DNA of 64,000 nucleotides from Escherichia coli (GCF_016026235.1 NZ_CP065613.1); one strand, 5' to 3'. Positions 32,841-46,392 are shown, numbered from the stretch's first letter. A program made the numbers and translations. The notes: a model not told the origin generated them from the sequence alone.

Positions 32841-33563
32841 TCAAATTAAGCCAGTAGCGGCCGCGTAACAGGCAACCTGGGTCTTATTCGGTGCATTGAT
32901 TTTTTTCTGCATGTTTTTCTGATGGAAATTGACCGTATTCTCAGAGATTGACAAAATCATCGCTATCTCTGCTGATGTCTTCCCTTCCGCCGTCCATTTC
33001 AAAATTTCTTTTTCGCGCTTGCTGAAATTCATCTCTGGCGTCATCACTATTTCATCATTTAAACGCATCAGAGCCATCAGACTTTCACGCACCAGTAACT
33101 GCATTTTTAATTGCAGTTCATCACTAAGAATGGGTATTTCGCGCGCGCTGCTACGGGAAAAGGACAAAAAGCCCAGCGCCCGGTTTGGCAGCATTAAATA
33201 CTGAGTGACACCGCGGCGTAAACCATGTGCACGCGCGGCTTCCCATAACGGCTGTGCTTCGCTGAATAAGTCATCATTCCACATTAAATGGCCCTGACTA
33301 AAGTTTTCAGGGTTCAGCACCGGATCAATTGCGAGAAAGTTTTTTGCCTGATAATAACTAACCCACGCCTCAGGGTAATTGGTGTAGAAAGCCACTTTAG
33401 GTCGCGTGAATGGTACCGGGTGGCGAACACATAACGAATAGTAATCGTACTCCAGCTGCTGAGCCTGAAGCTCTATTTCATGGTAGACCTCTTCTGCGGC
33501 CTCCATCCTCTGAAAACGCAACAGCATCGTGCGACGCCAGCTGAAAAAATCCGTATCCTGCAT
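32841..33563 (-). CDS. sdiA: LuxR-family quorum-sensing regulator SdiA (start trimmed to 'MQDTDFF')
   Basis: Autoinducer-binding N-terminal domain plus C-terminal LuxR HTH 'KREKEILKWTAEGKTSAEIAMILSISENTVNFHQKN'. Confidence 0.95.
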   Translation of the reverse strand: MQDTDFFSWRRTMLLRFQRMEAAEEVYHEIELQAQQLEYDYYSLCVRHPVPFTRPKVAFYTNYPEAWVSYYQAKNFLAIDPVLNPENFSQGHLMWNDDLFSEAQPLWEAARAHGLRRGVTQYLMLPNRALGFLSFSRSSAREIPILSDELQLKMQLLVRESLMALMRLNDEIVMTPEMNFSKREKEILKWTAEGKTSAEIAMILSISENTVNFHQKNMQKKINAPNKTQVACYAAATGLI

Positions 33564-33792
33564 AGTAAACCGCAACGCCCCTGAGAGTGAGTATCATTTA
33601 TAATGATAATTCAAACTATCACATAAATAAGATTTATATATAATTTATATTATTCAGGCAATGAATTACTTTTGCAAGCCATCGCATTCTCTTATGTTAT
33701 TAATGAGTTATGCTGATTTGTTAAGCAGTTTTATCACGCTTGAAATGGCGTCCCGCCCCGACAGGTGAATCGTCGGGGCTGATTTTTTCTTA

Positions 33793-34545
33793 TTATTGCA
33801 GCAGAAACTTCTCGAGGAACTGGCGGGTGCGAGGCTGCTGGGGATCAGCAAATAACGCTTTTGCTGCCCCCTGCTCGACTATCCGCCCCTGGTCCATAAA
33901 AATCGCCCGGTCCGCAACATCCCGGGCAAAGCTCATTTCGTGCGTCACAATCACCATCGTGCGCTTTTCCTGCGCCAGCTGGCGGATTGTGTTCAGGACT
34001 TCGCCCACCAGCTCTGGATCCAGCACTGACGTTGGCTCGTCAAACAAAATCACCTCAGGACGCATTGCCAGCGCACGCGCAATCGCAACACGCTGCTGTT
34101 GACCGCCAGACAAACGACGTGGATAGCTGGTTTCTTTACCGGCCAGCCCAACTTTCGCCAGCAGCTCGCGAGCGCGCGCCGTGGCCTCTTCTTTCGGTTC
34201 GCCTTTGACGATCACCGGCCCTTCAATAATGTTTTCCAGCACCGTACGATGCGGAAACAAATTAAAGTTCTGGAAGACAAACCCGACGTGCTGACGCAAC
34301 TGGCGAATCAGCGATTTTTGCTGACTTAATGAACGTGCAGTATCAATAGTGATATCGCCAACGGTGATCGTTCCCGCTTCCGGTTGTTCCAGCAGATTTA
34401 TGCTGCGTAGCAACGTGGTTTTGCCGGAACCACTCGGACCGATAATTGCCACCACTTCGCCAGGCTTTACCTCGAGGTCGATACCGTGCAGCACCGTCTG
34501 ACCGTGAAATTTTTTCACCAGGTTCTTAACTTCAATGGCACTCAT
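33793..34545 (-). CDS. tcyN: L-cystine ABC transporter ATP-binding protein
   Basis: Walker A 'GPSGSGKTTL', ABC signature 'LSGGQQQRVAIARAL', Walker B 'ILFDEPTS'. Confidence 0.95.
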   Translation of the reverse strand: MSAIEVKNLVKKFHGQTVLHGIDLEVKPGEVVAIIGPSGSGKTTLLRSINLLEQPEAGTITVGDITIDTARSLSQQKSLIRQLRQHVGFVFQNFNLFPHRTVLENIIEGPVIVKGEPKEEATARARELLAKVGLAGKETSYPRRLSGGQQQRVAIARALAMRPEVILFDEPTSVLDPELVGEVLNTIRQLAQEKRTMVIVTHEMSFARDVADRAIFMDQGRIVEQGAAKALFADPQQPRTRQFLEKFLLQ

Positions 34546-35210
34546 TTTGGTTCTCTCTCCTGGCGATTAAGTTGATTCTCAAAATGGTTCTGCAACGTCG
34601 ATAATACTGTCGCCATGATCCAGTAGATGAGCGAAGCCGCCAGGTACATGGTGAACACCTCCAGCGTGCGCGAGGTAATCAACTGCGCCTGACGGAACAG
34701 CTCCGGCACCTGGATTGTCGCGGCCAGCGACGTATCTTTTACCAGACTGATAAAGCTGTTCGACAGCGGCGGCAACGCCACCCGCGCCGCCTGTGGCAAA
34801 ATCGCGCGACGCATGGTCTGCCACGGCGTCATACCAATACTGGCAGCGGCTTCCCACTGACCTTTATCAATAGAAGAAATGGCGGCGCGCAGCGTTTCGG
34901 CGGCATAGGCGGCAGTGTTCAGCGACAGACCAATCATTGCTGACGGAATGGGATCTAATTCGATACCAAACTGCGGCAGGCCGTAATAGATCATAAACAG
35001 TTGTGCGATGAGCGGCGTACCACGAAAAATAGAGATATAAAAACGCGCCAGCCAGCGCACGGGCCAGATTGGCGACAGGCGCATCAGCGCGAGAATAAAC
35101 CCGAGCAGTAAGCCAAAAAACATGCCGCCGATACTGAGTTGCAGGGTATACCCAGCCCCTTTCAACAGGAACGGCAAGGAATCAATAACCAGTTGTATAC
35201 TTTCTTGCAT
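34542..35210 (-). CDS. tcyL: L-cystine ABC transporter permease
   Basis: 222-aa polar amino-acid ABC permease; coupled to tcyN. Confidence 0.9.
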   Translation of the reverse strand: MQESIQLVIDSLPFLLKGAGYTLQLSIGGMFFGLLLGFILALMRLSPIWPVRWLARFYISIFRGTPLIAQLFMIYYGLPQFGIELDPIPSAMIGLSLNTAAYAAETLRAAISSIDKGQWEAAASIGMTPWQTMRRAILPQAARVALPPLSNSFISLVKDTSLAATIQVPELFRQAQLITSRTLEVFTMYLAASLIYWIMATVLSTLQNHFENQLNRQEREPK

Positions 35211-35224
35211 GAGCGTTCCCGGAG

Positions 35225-37116
<1,892 letters not shown>

Positions 37117-37203
37117 ATTCACCCCGAATGTTGTTATGTCTGTTTGCAGTGTAGAGCCATTGTTTGTAAACACAAAAACAACTCTGCTACATCTTATTCT
37201 TAT

Positions 37204-37755
37204 TTAATATATATCAGAAGCAGGCAGGCTGGTGGATTTCTGCACAAGCCCGGTACACGTTTGACGCTGATAGTGTTGATACTTCCGTAACGCGATGCGG
37301 TAATTGTTGGTGCTGGTAGTGGGCAGCCACGGGGCGAGGATTTCATCAAGGAAACCGTCCTGCAGCTGTTCGAGGGAAATATTTTGCTCGTGAAGATGAT
37401 TACCCAAACGGCGCAGACGAACGACATATTCACGCACCGTACCTGGGCTCATTTCAGTTTGCTCAAAAAGAAATTGCTTAAAGCCGATAATATCGAAAAA
37501 ATCACTCTGTGTTTTGCAATGTAAATCACCGCAGAATCGGCACAATGCCGCCCATGATTTTTGTTCCACTTGCCAGCCATTTTCATCAAGCAGCGTGTCC
37601 AGGCGGGAAATCTCGATTTTATTCACTATTTTGCCGTCGCGAACGAGGGTAATGCGATCGAGTAATTTACGGCAATGCGCGCAATGGGTCTGGCTGTGTT
37701 TAAAGTCTTTAAGATAGCGGCTTAATGGCCGTCTTTTCAGGTGCTGCACCATCAT
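37204..37755 (-). CDS. fliZ: Flagellar regulatory protein FliZ (start trimmed to 'MMVQHLK')
   Basis: Position immediately downstream of fliA; 183 aa. Confidence 0.9.
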   Translation of the reverse strand: MMVQHLKRRPLSRYLKDFKHSQTHCAHCRKLLDRITLVRDGKIVNKIEISRLDTLLDENGWQVEQKSWAALCRFCGDLHCKTQSDFFDIIGFKQFLFEQTEMSPGTVREYVVRLRRLGNHLHEQNISLEQLQDGFLDEILAPWLPTTSTNNYRIALRKYQHYQRQTCTGLVQKSTSLPASDIY

Positions 37756-37800
37756 TAAGAACTCCCGGTAGTCAAAATTAAAGTGCGGCATTTACTAACG

Positions 37801-38520
37801 TTATAGCTTACCCAGTTTAGTGCGTAACCGTTTAATGGCCTGGCTGTGTAACTGACTAACCCGCGATTCCCCGACCTCCAGCACCGCACCAATCTCTTTG
37901 AGATTCAGCTCTTCCTGGTAATAGAGGGTTAATACCAGTTTTTCGCGCTCCGGCAACGTTTCGATAGCTTCCATCACCCGCTGGCGCAGATTACTGTCCA
38001 GCAGTTGTTGTAGCGGGTTTTCTCGCTGATGATCATCAGTAACCAGTTCGATACTATCGCCGTGCTCTTCGCGCCACTCATCGTAGGAGAAGAGCTGGCT
38101 GTTATTGGTGTCGAGCAACATTTGGCGATAGTCGGCAATATCGATCCCTAAACGTTCCGCTACCTCAGTTTCCGTGGCGTTGCGGCCAAGTTCCTGCTCC
38201 AGTTGCCCTATTGCCTGTGCCACTTCACGCGCGTTGCGTCGCACGCTGCGCGGCACCCAGTCACGGCTGCGAAGTTCATCCAGCATAGCGCCACGGATAC
38301 GCTGCACTGCGTAAGTTGTAAATGCCGTTCCTTGTAGGGCGTCATAGCGTTCGACGGCATTAAGTAACCCAATGCCGCCCGCCTGTAGCAGATCGTCAAG
38401 TTCCACGCTCGCGGGCAGTCGAACCTGCAGGCGCAATGCTTCGTGACGCACCAGCGGGACATAACGCTGCCACAGCGAGTGTTTATCCATTACACCTTCA
38501 GCGGTATAGAGTGAATTCAC
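37801..38520 (-). CDS. fliA: Flagellar sigma factor sigma-28
   Basis: 239 aa; sigma-70 regions 2, 3 and 4 including 'LVLTLYYQEELNLKEIGAVLEVGESRVSQLHSQA'. Confidence 0.95.
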   Translation of the reverse strand: MNSLYTAEGVMDKHSLWQRYVPLVRHEALRLQVRLPASVELDDLLQAGGIGLLNAVERYDALQGTAFTTYAVQRIRGAMLDELRSRDWVPRSVRRNAREVAQAIGQLEQELGRNATETEVAERLGIDIADYRQMLLDTNNSQLFSYDEWREEHGDSIELVTDDHQRENPLQQLLDSNLRQRVMEAIETLPEREKLVLTLYYQEELNLKEIGAVLEVGESRVSQLHSQAIKRLRTKLGKL

Positions 38521-38642
38521 GATAAACAGCCCTGCGTTATATGAGTTATCGGCATGATTATCCGTTTCTGCAGGGTTTTTAATCGGACGATTAGTGGGTG
38601 AAATGAGGGGTTATTTGGGGGTTACCGGTAAATTGCGGACAG

Positions 38643-38664
38643 AAAAAAACCCGCCGGTGGCGGG
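38643..38664 (-). terminator. Rho-independent terminator downstream of fliC
   Basis: Minus-strand hairpin cccgccaccggcggg followed by a T7 run. Confidence 0.7.
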
Positions 38665-38697
38665 GGATCACGTTGCTGACAAATTACCATTCATGTT

Positions 38698-38797
<100 letters not shown>

Positions 38798-38839
38798 ATT
38801 TGGCGTTGCCGTCAGTCTCAGTTAATCAGGTTACGACGA

Positions 38840-40516
38840 TTAACCCTGCAGCAGAGACAGAACCTGCTGCGGTACCTGGTTAGCTTTTGCCAGCACGGAG
38901 TTACCGGCCTGCTGGATGATCTGCGCTTTCGACATGTTGGACACTTCGGTCGCATAGTCGGCGTCCTGAATACGGGACTGCGCTTCAGACAGGTTGGTAG
39001 TGGTGTTGTTCAGGTTGGTGACCGCAGAATCCAGACGGTTTTGAACCGCACCGAGGGAGGAGCGGAATTTGTCGATGGAGCTGATGGCTTCGTCCAGAGC
39101 TTTCAGAGGGTCAGTGGTTGCTTCAGACTTGGTAGTTGCATCTTTAGTGATGGAACCATCAGCAGCTTTATAGACAGTAGAACCTTCACCGTCAGAAACT
39201 TTACCATCAGCAAAACCGTAGTAGGTCGTGGTAACGGTTTCATCATCTTCAGTCGTCAGTGCGCCAGTGGTATCTTTATACACATTTACGCCACCTGTCT
39301 GAACTGCGTCTGAGGTTACGGCATAAGCCTTACCGCCTACGTTGGCTGTATAGGAACCATTAATTAAGGTTGATGCCATTGCATCAGCAGAAATAGACGC
39401 GCCTTTAAAGTCAACAGTGCCAGCACCTTCGTCGAATTTAGCTGTCATGCCGCTATCGAAAGTGATCGTTGCATCCTGAGCACCAGCAGCAAACAATTTA
39501 TCTACAGTTGCTTTATCAGCAGAAGTCAGATTCGCGGTATTTTTGGTCAAGTTACCGGTGTCATCGAGGTACAGAGCATCGCCATTGGTATCGGTGATGG
39601 AGCCATCTTTGGCGATGTTAACTTCTTGCTCGGTACCACCAATATTAATTTTACCGGTGTTAGATGCACCTAAGTAGCCTTTCAGTGCCGTCGCGGCATC
39701 CGTGCTGACAACGCCAATAGCATCAAAGGTGTAAGACTTATTCGCTGCATTGTAGGTATAAGTCGAGGCATCAGCAGCGACGCCTAAGCCAGTATCAGTG
39801 CCCGCATAGGTAATGCTATCGCCAGCCGCCGCTTTGCCCAATACATCAGCCGCTGTCGCTGTGTCGAACTTGGTAACGGTGTCTTTCGTATAAGTGATTT
39901 TGCCATTAGCATCGGCTGCGCTTGCCGTGAAACCAGCATCAGTAAGATCTTTGCCAGTCGCCTTGGCATTATCAACAGAGCCAGCACCATTCACGTTAAA
40001 CCCTGTCAGATTCAGCGTATCAGAGTCAATTTTCTTCAGATCAATAGTAATTGTTTCACCATCATTTGCACCCACCTGAATTTTCATTGAACCGTCTTTA
40101 GACAGCACGTTCACGCCGTTGAACTGGGTCTGACCAGATACGCGGTCAATTTCGTCAAGACGGGATTTGATTTCGTCCTGGATGGAGTCCAGGTCAGAAT
40201 CGGAGTTAGTCCCTGTAGTGGCCTGAACCGTCAGTTCACGAATACGCTGTAAGTTGTTGTTGATTTCGGACAGCGCGCCTTCAGTGGTCTGTGCAACGGA
40301 GATACCGTCGTTGGCGTTACGTGCAGCCTGAGTCAGGCCTTTAATGTTAGAAGTAAAACGGTTAGCAATCGCCTGACCTGCGGCGTCATCCTTCGCGCTG
40401 TTAATACGCAAGCCAGAAGACAGACGCTCGATAGAACTCGACAGCGCAGACTGGTTCTTGTTGATATTATTTTGAGTGATCAGCGAGAGGCTGTTGGTAT
40501 TAATGACTTGTGCCAT
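38840..40516 (-). CDS. fliC: Flagellin (H antigen), 558 aa, conserved termini with a long variable central region
   Basis: N-terminal '[54 protein letters not shown]'; C-terminal '...[24 protein letters not shown]'. Confidence 0.95.
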   Translation of the reverse strand: MAQVINTNSLSLITQNNINKNQSALSSSIERLSSGLRINSAKDDAAGQAIANRFTSNIKGLTQAARNANDGISVAQTTEGALSEINNNLQRIRELTVQATTGTNSDSDLDSIQDEIKSRLDEIDRVSGQTQFNGVNVLSKDGSMKIQVGANDGETITIDLKKIDSDTLNLTGFNVNGAGSVDNAKATGKDLTDAGFTASAADANGKITYTKDTVTKFDTATAADVLGKAAAGDSITYAGTDTGLGVAADASTYTYNAANKSYTFDAIGVVSTDAATALKGYLGASNTGKINIGGTEQEVNIAKDGSITDTNGDALYLDDTGNLTKNTANLTSADKATVDKLFAAGAQDATITFDSGMTAKFDEGAGTVDFKGASISADAMASTLINGSYTANVGGKAYAVTSDAVQTGGVNVYKDTTGALTTEDDETVTTTYYGFADGKVSDGEGSTVYKAADGSITKDATTKSEATTDPLKALDEAISSIDKFRSSLGAVQNRLDSAVTNLNNTTTNLSEAQSRIQDADYATEVSNMSKAQIIQQAGNSVLAKANQVPQQVLSLLQG

Positions 40517-40590
40517 GATTCGTTATCCTATATTGCAAGTCGTTGATTACGTATTGGGTTTCCACCCGTCGGCTCAATCGCCGTCAACCC

Positions 40591-40619
40591 TGTTATCGTC
40601 TGTCGTAAAACAACCTTTA
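40591..40619 (-). promoter_or_regulatory. Sigma-28 (class 3) promoter of fliC
   Basis: Minus strand TAAAGGTT-N11-CGATAACA, close to the sigma-28 consensus TAAAGTTT-N11-GCCGATAA. Confidence 0.7.
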
Positions 40620-40711
40620 GAATTTTTTTCACAAACAGCCATTTTTTGTTAGTCGCCGAAATACTCTTTTCTCTGCCCCTTATTCCCGCTATTAAAAAAA
40701 ACAATTAAACG

Positions 40712-40738
40712 TAAACTTTGCGCAATTCAGGCCGATAA
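40712..40738 (+). promoter_or_regulatory. Sigma-28 (class 3) promoter of fliDST
   Basis: TAAACTTT-N11-GCCGATAA about 45 bp upstream of the fliD start. Confidence 0.75.
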
Positions 40739-40781
40739 CCCCGGTATTCGTTTTACGTGTCGAAAGATAAAAGGAAATCGC

Positions 40782-42188
40782 ATGGCAAGTATTTCATCGC
40801 TGGGAGTCGGGTCAGGTCTGGATTTAAGTTCAATCCTCGATAGCCTCACCGCCGCGCAAAAAGCGACGCTAACCCCTATTTCAAATCAGCAATCGTCGTT
40901 TACCGCTAAACTTAGCGCCTACGGTACGCTGAAAAGCGCGCTGACGACTTTCCAGACCGCCAATACTGCATTGTCTAAAGCCGATCTTTTTTCCGCCACC
41001 AGCACCACCAGCAGCACCACCGCGTTCAGTGCCACCACCGCGGGTAACGCCATCGCCGGGAAATACACCATCAGCGTCACCCATCTGGCGCAGGCGCAAA
41101 CCCTGACCACGCGCACCACCAGAGACGATACGAAAACGGCGATCGCCACCAGCGACAGCAAACTCACCATTCAACAAGGCGGCGACAAAGATCCGATTAC
41201 CATTGATATCAGCGCGGCTAACTCATCATTAAGCGGGATCCGTGATGCCATCAACAACGCAAAAGCGGGTGTTAGCGCGAGCATCATTAACGTGGGTAAC
41301 GGTGAATATCGTCTGTCAGTCACATCAAATGACACCGGCCTTGATAATGCGATGACACTCTCGGTCAGCGGTGATGATGCGCTACAAAGTTTTATGGGCT
41401 ATGACGCCAGTGCCAGCAGCAACGGTATGGAGGTCTCGGTCGCCGCCCAGAATGCGCAGCTGACGGTCAACAACGTCGCCATTGAGAACAGCAGCAACAC
41501 CATCAGCGACGCGCTGGAAAACATCACCCTGAACCTGAACGATGTCACCACGGGCAACCAGACGCTAACCATCACTCAGGACACCTCCAAAGCGCAAACG
41601 GCGATTAAAGACTGGGTGAATGCCTATAACTCGCTAATAGATACCTTCAGCAGCCTGACCAAATACACCGCCGTAGATGCGGGAGCTGATAGCCAAAGCT
41701 CTAGCAATGGCGCACTGCTCGGCGACTCCACGCTGCGGACGATTCAGACACAGTTGAAATCGATGCTGAGTAATACCGTTAGTTCTTCCAACTATAAAAC
41801 GCTGGCGCAGATTGGTATCACGACCGATCCCAGCGATGGCAAACTGAAACTGGATGCCGACAAACTCACCGCTGCATTGAAAAAAGATGCCAGCGGCGTA
41901 GGTGCATTGATTGTTGGCGATGGTAAAAAAACCGGCATCACAACCACCATCGGCAGCAACCTGACCAGTTGGCTTTCGACAACGGGCATTATTAAAGCCG
42001 CTACCGATGGCGTTAGTAAGACCCTGAACAAGTTAACTAAAGACTACAACGCCGCCAGCGATCGCATTGATGCGCAGGTCGCTCGCTACAAAGAACAATT
42101 TACCCAACTGGACGTTTTAATGACCTCGTTAAACAGCACCAGCAGCTACTTAACGCAGCAGTTCGAAAACAACAGTAATTCCAAGTAA
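40782..42188 (+). CDS. fliD: Flagellar filament cap protein
   Basis: 468 aa; position divergent from fliC. Confidence 0.95.
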   Translation: MASISSLGVGSGLDLSSILDSLTAAQKATLTPISNQQSSFTAKLSAYGTLKSALTTFQTANTALSKADLFSATSTTSSTTAFSATTAGNAIAGKYTISVTHLAQAQTLTTRTTRDDTKTAIATSDSKLTIQQGGDKDPITIDISAANSSLSGIRDAINNAKAGVSASIINVGNGEYRLSVTSNDTGLDNAMTLSVSGDDALQSFMGYDASASSNGMEVSVAAQNAQLTVNNVAIENSSNTISDALENITLNLNDVTTGNQTLTITQDTSKAQTAIKDWVNAYNSLIDTFSSLTKYTAVDAGADSQSSSNGALLGDSTLRTIQTQLKSMLSNTVSSSNYKTLAQIGITTDPSDGKLKLDADKLTAALKKDASGVGALIVGDGKKTGITTTIGSNLTSWLSTTGIIKAATDGVSKTLNKLTKDYNAASDRIDAQVARYKEQFTQLDVLMTSLNSTSSYLTQQFENNSNSK

Positions 42189-42212
42189 TTATTATTCATC
42201 GGGAGACAGGTC

Positions 42213-42623
42213 ATGTACGCGGCAAAAGGCACCCAGGCCTATGCACAAATTGGCGTCGAAAGCGCCGTAATGAGCGCCAGCCAGCAGCAGCTGGTCACCA
42301 TGCTATTTGATGGAGTGCTGAGCGCACTGGTTAGAGCGCGCCTGTTTATGCAGGACAACAATCAGCAAGGCAAAGGCGTCTCTTTGTCAAAAGCGATCAA
42401 CATCATTGAGAACGGGCTGCGGGTGAGTCTTGATGAAGAGAGCAAAGACGAACTAACCCAAAACTTGATTGCTCTTTATAGCTATATGGTCAGGCGTTTG
42501 CTGCAAGCCAATTTACGCAACGATGTCTCCGCAGTCGAAGAAGTGGAAGCATTAATGCGTAACATTGCCGATGCCTGGAAAGAGTCTTTACTCTCCCCTT
42601 CTTTGATTCAGGACCCAGTCTGA
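42213..42623 (+). CDS. fliS: Flagellin-specific chaperone
   Basis: 136 aa; conserved operon position. Confidence 0.95.
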   Translation: MYAAKGTQAYAQIGVESAVMSASQQQLVTMLFDGVLSALVRARLFMQDNNQQGKGVSLSKAINIIENGLRVSLDEESKDELTQNLIALYSYMVRRLLQANLRNDVSAVEEVEALMRNIADAWKESLLSPSLIQDPV

Positions 42624-42988
42624 TGAACCATGCACCGCATTTGTATTTCGCCTGGCAACAACTCGTCGAAAAAAGCCAGCTCATGTTACGCCTGGCAACA
42701 GAAGAACAGTGGGACGAACTCATCGCCAGCGAAATGGCGTATGTGAATGCGGTGCAGGAGATTGCACACCTGACTGAAGAGGTTGAGCCGTCCACCACAA
42801 TGCAGGAGCAACTCCGCCCGATGCTGCGCCTGATTCTCGATAACGAAAGCAAGGTGAAGCAGTTATTACAGATTCGGATGGATGAACTGGCGAAACTGGT
42901 CGGTCAGTCATCGGTACAAAAATCGGTGTTAAGTGCCTATGGCGATCAGGGCGGCTTTGTGCTGGCTCCGCAGGATAACCTCTTTTGA
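42623..42988 (+). CDS. fliT: Flagellar export chaperone / FlhDC anti-activator
   Basis: 121 aa; start overlaps the fliS stop. Confidence 0.95.
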   Translation: MNHAPHLYFAWQQLVEKSQLMLRLATEEQWDELIASEMAYVNAVQEIAHLTEEVEPSTTMQEQLRPMLRLILDNESKVKQLLQIRMDELAKLVGQSSVQKSVLSAYGDQGGFVLAPQDNLF

Positions 42989-43065
42989 ATCTTAACGAGC
43001 TGATGGCTCGCGAATAATCCGATTACGGCTACGCTTCTAATGTTCCCCTTGAATGGAGTCGAAGA

Positions 43066-44553
43066 ATGCGTAATCCCACGCTGTTACAATGTTTTCACTG
43101 GTATTACCCGGAAGGCGGTAAGCTCTGGCCTGAACTGGCCGAGCGCGCCGACGGTTTCAATGATATTGGTATCAATATGGTCTGGTTGCCGCCCGCCTAT
43201 AAAGGCGCATCGGGCGGGTATTCGGTCGGCTACGACTCCTATGATTTATTTGATTTAGGCGAGTTTGATCAGAAAGGCAGCATCCCTACTAAATATGGCG
43301 ATAAAGCACAACTGTTGGCCGCCATTGACGCCCTGAAACGTAATGACATTGCGGTGCTGTTGGACGTGGTAGTCAACCACAAAATGGGCGCAGATGAAAA
43401 AGAAGCTATTCGCGTGCAGCGTGTAAATGCTGATGACCGTACGCAAATTGACGAAGAAATCATTGAGTGCGAAGGCTGGACGCGTTACACCTTCCCCGCC
43501 CGTGCCGGGCAATACTCGCAGTTTATCTGGGATTTCAAATGTTTTAGCGGTATCGACCATATCGAAAACCCTGATGAAGATGGCATTTTTAAAATTGTTA
43601 ACGACTATACCGGAGAAGGCTGGAACGATCAGGTTGATGATGAACTCGGTAATTTCGATTATCTGATGGGCGAGAATATCGATTTTCGCAATCATGCCGT
43701 GACGGAAGAGATTAAATACTGGGCGCGCTGGGTGATGGAACAAACACAATGCGACGGTTTTCGTCTTGATGCGGTCAAACATATTCCAGCCTGGTTTTAT
43801 AAAGAGTGGATCGAACACGTACAGGAAGTTGCGCCAAAGCCGCTGTTTATTGTGGCGGAATACTGGTCGCATGAAGTTGATAAGCTGCAAACGTATATTG
43901 ATCAGGTGGAAGGCAAAACCATGCTGTTCGATGCGCCGCTGCAGATGAAATTCCATGAAGCATCGCGCATGGGACGCGACTACGACATGACGCAGATTTT
44001 CACTGGGACGCTGGTGGAAGCCGATCCTTTTCACGCCGTAACCCTCGTTGCCAACCATGACACCCAACCGTTGCAAGCCCTCGAAGCGCCGGTCGAACCA
44101 TGGTTTAAACCGCTGGCGTACGCCCTAATTTTGTTGCGGGAAAATGGCGTTCCTTCGGTGTTCTATCCGGATCTCTACGGTGCACATTACGAAGATGTCG
44201 GTGGTGACGGGCAAACCTATCCGATAGATATGCCAATAATCGAACAACTTGATGAGTTAATTCTCGCCCGTCAGCGTTTCGCCCACGGTGTACAGACGTT
44301 ATTTTTCGACCATCCGAACTGCATTGCCTTTAGCCGCAGTGGCACCGACGAATATCCCGGCTGCGTGGTGGTCATGTCGAACGGAGATGATGGCGAAAAA
44401 ACCATTCATTTAGGAGAGAATTACGGCAATAAAACCTGGCGTGATTTTCTGGGGAACCGGCAAGAAAGTGTAGTAACCGACGAAAACGGCGAAGCGACCT
44501 TCTTTTGCAACGGCGGCAGCGTCAGCGTGTGGGTTATCGAAGAGGTGATTTAA
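43066..44553 (+). CDS. amyA: Cytoplasmic alpha-amylase (GH13)
   Basis: 495 aa; GH13 catalytic regions '[10 protein letters not shown]' and 'VANHDTQP'. Confidence 0.95.
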   Translation: MRNPTLLQCFHWYYPEGGKLWPELAERADGFNDIGINMVWLPPAYKGASGGYSVGYDSYDLFDLGEFDQKGSIPTKYGDKAQLLAAIDALKRNDIAVLLDVVVNHKMGADEKEAIRVQRVNADDRTQIDEEIIECEGWTRYTFPARAGQYSQFIWDFKCFSGIDHIENPDEDGIFKIVNDYTGEGWNDQVDDELGNFDYLMGENIDFRNHAVTEEIKYWARWVMEQTQCDGFRLDAVKHIPAWFYKEWIEHVQEVAPKPLFIVAEYWSHEVDKLQTYIDQVEGKTMLFDAPLQMKFHEASRMGRDYDMTQIFTGTLVEADPFHAVTLVANHDTQPLQALEAPVEPWFKPLAYALILLRENGVPSVFYPDLYGAHYEDVGGDGQTYPIDMPIIEQLDELILARQRFAHGVQTLFFDHPNCIAFSRSGTDEYPGCVVVMSNGDDGEKTIHLGENYGNKTWRDFLGNRQESVVTDENGEATFFCNGGSVSVWVIEEVI

Positions 44554-44559
44554 ATTCAT

Positions 44560-44578
44560 CCCCGGCGGCAAGCCGGGG
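44560..44578. terminator. Bidirectional hairpin terminator between amyA and yedD (ccccggc-ggcaa-gccgggg)
   Basis: 7-bp GC stem located between two convergent stop codons. Confidence 0.65.
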
Positions 44579-44586
44579 AGATTTCA

Positions 44587-45003
44587 TTACGGCAATGGCG
44601 TCGGTAACGGCGCTTTATCCAGCGCAGCGGCACACTCTGCCGTCGGGCGATCCACACGCTCCATCGTCATTCCATCGTACTCAATGGTGTTACCTTCACG
44701 CTCAACCTCGTACAGCTCACGTTTTACGGTAACGTTAGTGAGATCATCAGACATCAATGTCAACTTACCCGGCACAGCAATCACCCGCTGCCACTGACGG
44801 CAATCCAGGGTATCGCCCTCTTTAGTGACAATCAGGCTGCCTATCGCTTCCGGACTGACCAGCGCACTTTGCGGCCCTTTGGTCTGCCAGTAGCCCGCCA
44901 GCCAGTCCGGCGCGGGGGTTTTAACGACATTGTTATAGTTTTCGACTTCGGCACAGCCCGCCAGCAACATGAGCGCGCCTGCAATTGCGAGTTTTTTCAT
45001 CAT
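44587..45003 (-). CDS. yedD: Lipoprotein YedD
   Basis: Lipobox 'LLAGC' in the signal peptide; conserved synteny. Confidence 0.9.
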   Translation of the reverse strand: MMKKLAIAGALMLLAGCAEVENYNNVVKTPAPDWLAGYWQTKGPQSALVSPEAIGSLIVTKEGDTLDCRQWQRVIAVPGKLTLMSDDLTNVTVKRELYEVEREGNTIEYDGMTMERVDRPTAECAAALDKAPLPTPLP

Positions 45004-45186
45004 TCGTCCTGCATGAGAAGAAAAGAGGATTGTGGCATTAAAGCCCTGATGTCGCCAGCCTTTCCAGGTTCAGAGAGAAATTTGATCTAACTATTATTTT
45101 TGTGAATTATTACCCCGAAAATAAATTTGTTTGATGTATGATTCGCGACTCTTGTTTCAAACCTTCTGAGTTCAGAGGCTACATTC

Positions 45187-46392
45187 ATGTCATGGCAGCA
45201 ATTCAAACACGCCTGGTTGATTAAATTCTGGGCGCCCATCCCCGCGGTCATCGCGGCGGGTATTCTCTCCACTTACTATTTTGGCATCACTGGCACCTTT
45301 TGGGCAGTCACGGGTGAATTTACCCGTTGGGGCGGTCAGCTTTTGCAGCTGTTTGGCGTCCATGCTGAAGAGTGGGGTTATTTTAAAATTATTCATCTGG
45401 AAGGATCGCCATTAACCCGCATCGACGGAATGATGATCCTCGGTATGTTTGGCGGCTGCTTTGCTGCAGCGCTGTGGGCCAACAATGTCAAACTGCGCAT
45501 GCCGCGCAGCCGTATCCGCATTATGCAGGCCATCATTGGCGGCATTATCGCCGGTTTTGGCGCGCGTCTGGCAATGGGCTGTAACCTGGCGGCGTTCTTT
45601 ACCGGCATTCCTCAGTTCTCGCTGCATGCCTGGTTCTTTGCCATCGCCACTGCCATTGGTTCATGGTTTGGCGCGCGCTTTACCCTGCTGCCCATCTTCC
45701 GTATTCCCGTGAAAATGCAGAAAGTTTCTGCCGCCTCACCGCTGACGCAAAAACCGGATCAGGCGCGGCGTCGTTTTCGTCTCGGGATGCTGGTCTTTTT
45801 CGGCATGCTGGGCTGGGCGCTGCTGACGGCGATGAACCAACCAAAACTGGGGCTGGCAATGCTGTTTGGCGTCGGCTTTGGTTTACTGATTGAACGTGCG
45901 CAAATCTGCTTTACTTCGGCGTTCCGCGATATGTGGATCACCGGACGTACCCACATGGCGAAAGCAATCATTATCGGTATGGCGGTAAGTGCCATCGGGA
46001 TCTTCAGTTACGTACAGTTAGGCGTTGAACCCAAAATCATGTGGGCAGGACCAAACGCGGTAATTGGTGGTTTGCTGTTTGGATTTGGCATCGTGCTGGC
46101 AGGCGGCTGCGAAACCGGCTGGATGTACCGCGCGGTAGAAGGCCAGGTGCACTACTGGTGGGTCGGTCTGGGCAATGTGATCGGCTCAACGATTCTGGCG
46201 TATTACTGGGATGATTTCGCTCCGGCGCTGGCCACCGACTGGGACAAAATCAACCTCCTGAAAACCTTTGGCCCGATGGGTGGCCTGCTGGTGACATATT
46301 TGCTGCTGTTTGCTGCGCTGATGTTGATTATCGGCTGGGAAAAACGCTTCTTCCGCCATGCGGCACCGCAGACAGCTAAGGAGATCGCATGA
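45187..46392 (+). CDS. yedE: YedE/YeeE-family inner-membrane transporter (selenium/thiosulfate-related)
   Basis: 401-aa polytopic membrane protein; overlaps the yedF start. Confidence 0.9.
   Translation: MSWQQFKHAWLIKFWAPIPAVIAAGILSTYYFGITGTFWAVTGEFTRWGGQLLQLFGVHAEEWGYFKIIHLEGSPLTRIDGMMILGMFGGCFAAALWANNVKLRMPRSRIRIMQAIIGGIIAGFGARLAMGCNLAAFFTGIPQFSLHAWFFAIATAIGSWFGARFTLLPIFRIPVKMQKVSAASPLTQKPDQARRRFRLGMLVFFGMLGWALLTAMNQPKLGLAMLFGVGFGLLIERAQICFTSAFRDMWITGRTHMAKAIIIGMAVSAIGIFSYVQLGVEPKIMWAGPNAVIGGLLFGFGIVLAGGCETGWMYRAVEGQVHYWWVGLGNVIGSTILAYYWDDFAPALATDWDKINLLKTFGPMGGLLVTYLLLFAALMLIIGWEKRFFRHAAPQTAKEIA

Noticed and set aside
38521-38640. Sigma-28 promoter for fliA containing 'gccgataa'
   Set aside because: A GCCGATAA -10-like element is present on the minus strand, but I could not find a convincing TAAA -35 at the right spacing.
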